A stretch of 64,000 nt of DNA from Eledone cirrhosa (Eukaryota): the NCBI GenBank assembly GCA_964016885.1, contig OZ024740.1:279124001-279188000 (forward strand). The letters run 5' to 3'. The position numbers and the translations under genes were made by a program. Below, piece by piece: positions 56,001 through 64,000 of the stretch. Position 1 is the stretch's first letter. Every line of letters starts with the position of its first letter. Below the pieces are notes generated by a model. It saw nothing but the letters and a program-made list of their open reading frames with translations. It searched no databases and was not told the DNA's origin.

Positions 56001-59000
56001 AAAATCAAGGGGAGATAATTTCCAGCCGTCCAAGGAGAGATAATTTTAAAAAAAATCAGGCGGAGATAATTTGTAAAAAAAAATCAGGGGGAGATAATTT
56101 GTAAAAAAAATCAGGGGGAGATAATTTGTAAAAAAAAATCAGGGGTAGATAATTTGTAAAAAAAAATCAGGGGGAGATAATTTGTAAAAAAAAATCAGGG
56201 GGAGATAATTTGTAAAAAAAATCAAGGGGAGATAATTTCCAGCCGTCCAAGGAGAGATAATTTTTAAAAAAATCAGGCGGAGATAATTTGTAAAAAAAAA
56301 TTAGGGGGAGATAATTTGTAAAAAAAAATCAGGGGGAGATAATTTGTAAAAAAAATCAAGGGGAGATAATTTCCAGCCGTCCAAGGGGAGATAATTTTCA
56401 GCCGTCCAAGGGGAGATAATTTCCCGCCAGCCAAGGGAAGATAATATTCAAAAAAATCAGGCGGAGATAATTTGTAAAAAAAATCAGGGGGAGATAATTT
56501 GTAAAAAAATCAGGGGGAGATAATTTGTAAAAAAAAAAATCAGGGGGAGATAATTTGTAAAAAAAATCAGGGGGAGATAATTTGTAAAAAAAAATCAGGG
56601 GTAGATAATTTGTAAAAAAAAATCAGGGGGAGATAATTTGTAAAAAAAAATCAGGGGGAGATAATTTGTAAAAAAAATGAAAGGGGAGATAATATCCAGC
56701 CGTCCAAGGGGAGATAATTTCCAGCCGTCCAAGGGGAGATAATTTCCAGCCCTCCAAGGGGAGATAATTTCCATCCTTCCAAGGGGATATAATTTCCAGC
56801 CGTCCAAGGGGAGATAATTTCCATCCTTCCAAGGGGATATAATTTCCAGCCGTCCAAGGGGAGATAATTTTCAGCCGTCCAAGGAGAGGTAATTTCTAGC
56901 CGTCCAAGGAGAGATAATTTCCAGCCGTCCAAGGGGAGATAATTTCCAGCCGTCCAAGGGGAGATAATTTCCAGCCGTCCAAGGAGACATATTTTCCAGC
57001 CGTCCAAGGAGAGGTAATTCCTAGCCGTCCAAGGGGAGATAAATTCCAGCCTCCAAGGGGAGATAATTTCCAGCCAGCCAAGGGGAGATAATTTGTAAAA
57101 AAAATCAGGGGGAGATAATTTGTAAAAAAAATCAGGGGGAGATAATTTGTAAAAAAAAATCAGGGGGAGATAATTTGTAAAAAATAATCAGGGGGAGATA
57201 ATTTTTAAAAAAAATCAAGGGGAGATAATTTCCAGCCGTCCAAGGGGAGATAATTTTCAGCCGTCCAAGGGGAGATAATTTCCCGCCAGCCAAGGGAAGA
57301 TAATATTTAAAAAAATTAGGCGGAGATAATTTGTAAAAAAAATCAGGGGGAGATAATTTGTAAAAAAATCAGGGGGAGATAATTTGTAAAAAAAATCAGG
57401 GGGAGATAATTTGTAAAAAAAATCAGGGGGAGATAATTTGTAAAAAAAAATCAGGGGGAGATAATTTGTAAAAAAAATCAAGGGGAGATAATTTCCAGCC
57501 GTCCAAGGGAAGATAATTTCCAGCCCTCCAAGGGGCTATAATTTCCAGCGTCCAAGGGGAGATAATTTCCAGCCAGCGAAGGGGAGATAATTTTTTTTTA
57601 AAAATCATTGGGAGATTTGTAAAAAAAATCAGGGGGAGATAATTTGTAAAAAAAATCAAGGGGAGATAATTTCCAGCCGTCCAAGGGGAGGTAATATCTA
57701 GCCGTCCAAGGGGAGATAATTTCCAGCCGTCCAAGGGGAGATAATTTCCAGCCGTCCAAGGGTAGATAATATCCAGCCGTCCAAGGACATATTTTCCAGC
57801 CGTCCAAGGAGAGGTAATTTCTAGCCGTCCAAGGGGAGATAAATTCCAGCCTCCAAGGTGAGATAATTTCCAGCCAGCCAAGGGGAGATAATTTGTAAAA
57901 AAATCAGGGGGAGATAATTTGTAAAAAAAATCAGGGGGAGATAATTTGTAAAAAAAAATCAGGGGGAGATAATTTGTAAAAAAAAATCAGGGGGAGATAA
58001 TTTGTAAAAAAAAATCAGGGTGAGATAATTTGCAAAAAAAATCAGGGGGAGATAATTTGTAAAAAAAAATCAGGGGTAGATAATTTGTAAAAAAAAATCA
58101 GGGGGAGATAATTTGTAAAAAAAAATCAGGGGGAGATAATTTGTAAAAAAAATCAAGGGGAGATAATTTCCAGCCGTCCAAGGAGAGATAATTTAAAAAA
58201 AAATCAGGCGGAGATAATTTGTAAAAAAAAATCAGGGGGAGATAATTTGTAAAAAAAATCAGGGGGAGATAATTTGTAAAAAAAATCAGGGGTAGATAAT
58301 TTGTAAAAAAAAATCAGGGGGAGATAATTTGTAAAAAAAAATCAGGAGGAGATAATTTGTAAAAAAAATCAAGGGGAGATAATTTCCAGCCGTCCAAGGA
58401 GAGATAATTTAAAAAAAAATCAGGCGGAGATAATTTGTAAAAAAAAATCAGGGGGAGATAATTTGTAAAAAAAAATCAGGGGGAGATAATTTGTAAAAAA
58501 AATCAAGGGGAGATAATTTCCAGCCGTCCAAGGGGAGATAATTTTCAGCCGTCCAAGGGGAGATAATTTCCAGCCAGCGAAGGGGAGATAATTTTTTTTA
58601 AAAAATCATTGGGAGATTTGTAAAAAAAATCAGGGGGAGATAATTTGTAAAAAAAATCAAGGGGAGATAATTTCCAGCCGTCCAAGGGGAGGTAATATCT
58701 AGCCGTCCAAGGGGAGATAATTTCCAGCCGTCCAAGGGGAGATAATTTCCAGCCGTCCCAGGGTAGATAATATCCAGCCGCCCAAGGACATATTTTCCAG
58801 CCGTCCAAGGAGAGGTAATTTCTAGCCGTCCAAGGGGAGATAAATTCCAGCCTCCAAGGGGAGATAATTTCCAGCCAGCCAAGGGGAGATAATTTGTAAA
58901 AAAATCAGGGGGAGATAATTTGTAAAAAAAATCAGGGGGAGATAATTTGTAAAAAAAAATCAGGGGGAGATAATTTGTAAAAAAAAATCAGGGGGAGATA

Positions 59001-62000
59001 ATTTGCAAAAAAAATCAGGGGGAGATAATTTGTAAAAAAAAATCAGGGGTAGATAATTTGTAAAAAAAAATCAGGGGGAGATAATTTGTAAAAAAAAATC
59101 AGGGGGAGATAATTTGTAAAAAAAATCAAGGGGAGATAATTTCCAGCCGTCCAAGGAGAGATAATTTTAAAAAAAATCAGGCGGAGATAATTTGTAAAAA
59201 AAAATCAGGGGGAGATAATTTGTAAAAAAAATCAGGGGGAGATAATTTGTAAAAAAAAATCAGGGGTAGATAATTTGTAAAAAAAAATCAGGGGGAGATA
59301 ATTTGTAAAAAAAAATCAGGGGGAGATAATTTGTAAAAAAAATCAAGGGGAGATAATTTCCAGCCGTCCAAGGAGAGATAATTTTAAAAAAAATCAGGCG
59401 GAGATAATTTGTAAAAAAAAATTAGGGGGAGATAATTTGTAAAAAAAAATCAGGGGGAGATAATTTGTAAAAAAAATCAAGGGGAGATAATTTCCAGCCG
59501 TCCAAGGGGAGATAATTTTCAGCCGTCCAAGGGGAGATAATTTCCCGCCAGCCAAGGGAAGATAATATTCAAAAAAATCAGGCGGAGATAATTTGTAAAA
59601 AAAATCAGGGGGAGATAATTTGTAAAAAAATCAGGGGGAGATAATTTGTAAAAAAAAAATCAGGGGGAGATAATTTGTAAAAAAAATCAGGGGGAGATAA
59701 TTTGTAAAAAAAAATCAGGGGTAGATAATTTGTAAAAAAAAATCAGGGGGAGATAATTTGTAAAAAAAAATCAGGGGGAGATAATTTGTAAAAAAAATGA
59801 AAGGGGAGATAATATCCAGCCGTCCAAGGGGAGATAATTTCCAGCCGTCCAAGGGGAGATAATTTCCAGCCGTCCAAGGGGAGATAATTTCCATCCTTCC
59901 AAGGGGATATAATTTCCAGCCGTCCAAGGGGAGATAATTTCCATCCTTCCAAGGGGATATAATTTCCAGCCGTCCAAGGGGAGATAATTTTCAGCCGTCC
60001 AAGGAGAGGTAATTTCTAGCCGTCCAAGGAGAGATAATTTCCAGCCGTCCAAGGGGAGATAATTTCCAGCCGTCCAAGGGGAGATAATTTCCAGCCGTCC
60101 AAGGAGACATATTTTCCAGCCGTCCAAGGAGAGGTAATTCCTAGCCGTCCAAGGGGAGATAAATTCCAGCCTCCAAGGGGAGATAATTTCCAGCCAGCCA
60201 AGGGGAGATAATTTGTAAAAAAAATCAGGGGGAGATAATTTGTAAAAAAAATCAGGGGGAGATAATTTGTAAAAAAAAATCAGGGGGAGATAATTTGTAA
60301 AAAATAATCAGGGGGAGATAATTTGTAAAAAAAATCAAGGGGAGATAATTTCCAGCCGTCCAAGGGGAGATAATTTTCAGCCGTCCAAGGGGAGATAATT
60401 TCCCGCCAGCCAAGGGAAGATAATATTTAAAAAAATTAGGCGGAGATAATTTGTAAAAAAAATCAGGGGGAGATAATTTGTAAAAAAATCAGGGGGAGAT
60501 AATTTGTAAAAAAAATCAGGGGGAGATAATTTGTAAAAAAAATCAGGGGGAGATAATTTGTAAAAAAAAATCAGGGGGAGATAATTTGTAAAAAAAATCA
60601 AGGGGAGATAATTTCCAGCCGTCCAAGGGAAGATAATTTCCAGCCCTCCAAGGGGCTATAATTTCCAGCGTCCAAGGGGAGATAATTTCCAGCCAGCGAA
60701 GGGGAGATAATTTTTTTTAAAAAATCATTGGGAGATTTGTAAAAAAAATCAGGGGGAGATAATTTGTAAAAAAAATCAAGGGGAGATAATTTCCAGCCGT
60801 CCAAGGGGAGGTAATATCTAGCCGTCCAAGGGGAGATAATTTCCAGCCGTCCAAGGGGAGATAATTTCCAGCCGTCCAAGGGTAGATAATATCCAGCCGT
60901 CCAAGGACATATTTTCCAGCCGTCCAAGGAGAGGTAATTTCTAGCCGTCCAAGGGGAGATAAATTCCAGCCTCCAAGGTGAGATAATTTCCAGCCAGCCA
61001 AGGGGAGATAATTTGTAAAAAAATCAGGGGGAGATAATTTGTAAAAAAAATCAGGGGGAGATAATTTGTAAAAAAAAATCAGGGGGAGATAATTTGTAAA
61101 AAAAAATCAGGGGGAGATAATTTGTAAAAAAAAATCAGGGGGAGATAATTTGTAAAAAAATCAAGGGGAGATAATTTCCAGCCGTCCAAGGGGAGATAAT
61201 TTTCAGCCGTCCAAGGGGAGATAATTTCCCGCCAGCCAAGGGAAGATAATATTTGAAAAAATCAGGCGGAGATAATTTGTAAAAAAAATCAGGGGGAGAT
61301 AATTTGTAAAAAAATCAGGGGGAGATAATTTGTAAAAAAAAAATCAGGGGGAGATAATTTGTAAAAAGAATCAGGGGGAGATAATTTGTAAAAAAAAATC
61401 AGGGGTAGATAAATTGTAAAAAAAAATCAGGGGGAGATAATTTGTAAAAAAAATCAGGGGGAGATAATTTGTAAAAAAAATGAAAGGGGAGATAATATCC
61501 AGCCGTCCAAGGGGAGATAATTTCCAGCCGTCCAAGGGGAGATAATTTCCAGCCGTCCAAGGGGAGATAATTTCCATCCTTCCAAGGGGATATAATTTCC
61601 AGCCGTCCAAGGGGAGATAATTTCCCGCCAGCCAAGGGAAGATAATTTTTAAAAAAATCAGGCGGAGATTGTAAAAAAAATCAGGGGGGAGATAATTTGT
61701 AAAAAAATCAGGGGGAGATAATTTGTAAAAAAAAATCAGGGGGAGATAATTTGTAAAAAATATTCAGGGGGAGATAATTTGTAAAAAAAAATCAAGGGGA
61801 GATAATTTCCAGCCGTCCAAGGGGAGATAATTTCCCGCCAGCCAAGGGAAGATAATATTTAAAAAAATTAGGCGGAGATAATTTGTAAAAAAAATCAGGG
61901 GGAGATAATTTGTAAAAAAATCAGGGGGAGATAATTTGTAAAAAAAATCAGGGGGAGATAATTTGTAAAAAAATTCATGGGGAGATAATTTGTAAAAAAA

Positions 62001-64000
62001 AATCAGGGGTAGATAATTTGTAAAAAAAAATCAGGGGGAGATAATTTGTAAAAAAAAATCAGGGGGAGATAATTTGTAAAAAAAATCAAGGGGAGATAAT
62101 TTTCAGCCGTCCAAGGAGAGGTAATTTCTAGCCGTCCAAGGGGAGATAATTTCCAGCCGTCCAAGGGGAGGTAATTTCCAGCCGTCCAAGGGGAGATAAT
62201 TTTAAAAAAAAAATCAGGCGGAGATAATTTGTAAAAAAAATCAAGGGGAGATAATTTGCAGCCGTCCAAGGGGAGATAATTTTCAGTCGTCCAAGGAGAG
62301 GTAATTTCTAGCCGTCCAAGGGGAGATAATTGCCAGCCGTCCAAGGGGAGATAATTTCCAGCCGTCCAAGGGGAGATAATTTTTTTTAAAAAATCAGGCG
62401 GAGATAATTTGTAAAAAAAATCAGGGGGAGATAATTTGTAAACAAAATCAGGGGGAGATAATTTGTAAAAAAAAATCAGGGGGAGATAATTTGTAAAAAA
62501 AATCATGGAGAGATAATTTCCAGCCGTCCAAGGTGAGATAATTTCCAGCCGTCCAAGGAGACATATTTTCCAGCCGTCCAAGGCGAGGTAATTTCTAGCC
62601 GTCCAAGGGGAGATAAATTCCAGCCTCCAAGGGGAGATAATTTCCAGCTAGCCAAGTGGAGATAATTTGTAAAAAAATCAGGGGGAGATAATTTGTAAAA
62701 AATATCAGGGAGATAATTTGTAAAAAAAAATCAGGGGGAGATAATTTGTAAAAAAAATCAGGGGGAGATAATTTGTAAAAAAAAATCAGGGGGAGATAAT
62801 TTGTAAAAAAAATCAAGGGGAGATAATTTCCAGCCGTCCAAGGGGAGATAATTTTCAGCCGTCCAAGGGGAGATAATTTCCCGCCAGCCAAGGGAAGATA
62901 ATATTTAAAAAAATCAGGCGGAGATAATTTGTAAAAAAAATCAGGGGGAGATAATTTGTAAAAAAATCAGGGGGAGATAATTTGTAAAAAAAAAATCAGG
63001 GGGAGATAATTTGTAAAAAAAATCAGGGGGAGATAATTTGTAAAAAAAAATCAGGGATAGATAATTTGTAAACAAAAATCAGGGGGAGATAATTTGTAAA
63101 AAAAAATCAGGGGGAGATAATTTGTAAAAAAAATGAAAGGGGAGATAATATCCAGCCGTCCAAGGGGAGATAATTTCCAGCCGTCCAAGGGGATATAATT
63201 TCCAGTCGTCCAAGGGGAGATAATTTACATCCTTCCAAGGGGATATAATTTCCAGCCGTCCAAGGGGAGATAATTTCCCGCCAGCCAAGGGAAGATAATT
63301 TTAAAAAAAATCAGGCGGAGATTGTAAAAAAAATCAGGGGGGAGATAATTTGTAAAAAAATCAGGGGGAGATAATTTGTAAAAAATAATCAGGGGGAGAT
63401 AATTTGTAAAAAAATTCAAGGGGAGATAATTTCCAGCCGTCCAAGGGGAGATAATTTCCCGCCAGCCAAGGGAAGATAATATTTAAAAAAATTAGGCGGA
63501 GATAATTTGTAAAAAAAATCAGGGGGAGATAATTTGTAAAAAAATCAGGGGGAGATAATTTGTAAAAAAAATCAGGGGGAGATAATTTGTAAAAAAAATC
63601 ATGGGGAGATAATTTGTAAAAAAAAATCAGGGGTAGATAATTTGTAAAAAAAAATCAGGGGGAGATAATTTGTAAAAAAAAATCAGGGGGAGATAATTTG
63701 TAAAAAAAATCAAGGGGAGATAATATCCAGCCGTCCAAGGAGAGATAATTTAAAAAAAAAATGAGGCGGAGATAATTTGTAAAAAAAAAATCAGGGGGAG
63801 TTAATTTGTAAAAAAAAATGAGGGGGAGATAATTTGTAAAAAAAATCAAGGGGAGATAATTTCCAGCCGTCCAAGGGGAGATAATTTTCAGCCGTCCAAG
63901 GAGAGGTAATTTCTAGCCGTCCAAGGGGAGATAATTTCCAGCCGTCCAAGGGGAGGTAATTTCCAGCCGTCCAAGGGGAGATAATTTTAAAAAAAAATCA
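32041..64000. repeat. Composite satellite: monomer A (CAAGGGGAGATAATTTCCAGCCGTC, 25 bp) and monomer B (CAGGGGGAGATAATTTGT-An-T, about 26-30 bp) in alternating runs, with higher-order repeats
   Basis: Uninterrupted and single-orientation from the gap to the window end; roughly 1,200 monomers (32 kb divided by about 26 bp, an estimate). Confidence 0.97.

Noticed and set aside
32272-63849. Dozens of minus-strand ORFs (LSPLGRLEIISPWTAGNYLPLDGWK..., FFYKLSPPD...)
   Set aside because: The 25-bp A monomer has no stop on the minus strand in any frame, and variable A-tract lengths shift frame constantly; not protein-coding.
32041-64000. CRISPR-like appearance (constant repeat plus spacer)
   Set aside because: Only two spacer classes of about 12-15 bp, no unique spacers, no cas genes, and a eukaryotic context.
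32041-64000. Telomeric repeat or canonical G-quadruplex array
   Set aside because: It is not a TTAGGG-type repeat, and the G-runs are about 21-24 nt apart, too far for canonical G4 loops.

Overview
AT-rich animal genomic DNA. The (TA)n load, RTE-LINE tails and SINE types suggest a coleoid cephalopod (octopus-like); this is inference. Positions 1-31840 carry six short + strand coding exons of an ethanolamine-phosphate cytidylyltransferase (PCYT2) gene. They encode the N-terminal cytidylyltransferase domain, have canonical GT-AG borders with consistent phases, and are missed by the ORF track. The introns are packed with RTE-clade LINEs (with a PHD-like finger inside the RT), two Penelope-like elements, SINEs, MITEs, Helitron ends and an LTR with a triplicated tRNA-Trp PBS. 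There is also a cluster of Penelope-type hammerhead ribozyme motifs, several inside long fold-back palindromes and two with unusually long stem II. After a 200-N gap (31841-32040), the rest of the window is one satellite of about 32 kb. It is built from two short monomers (25 bp and about 27-28 bp) sharing a GGGGAGATAATTT core, arranged in alternating runs with stereotyped junctions and irregular multi-kb higher-order repeats. All calls were made by eye; no database searches were run.
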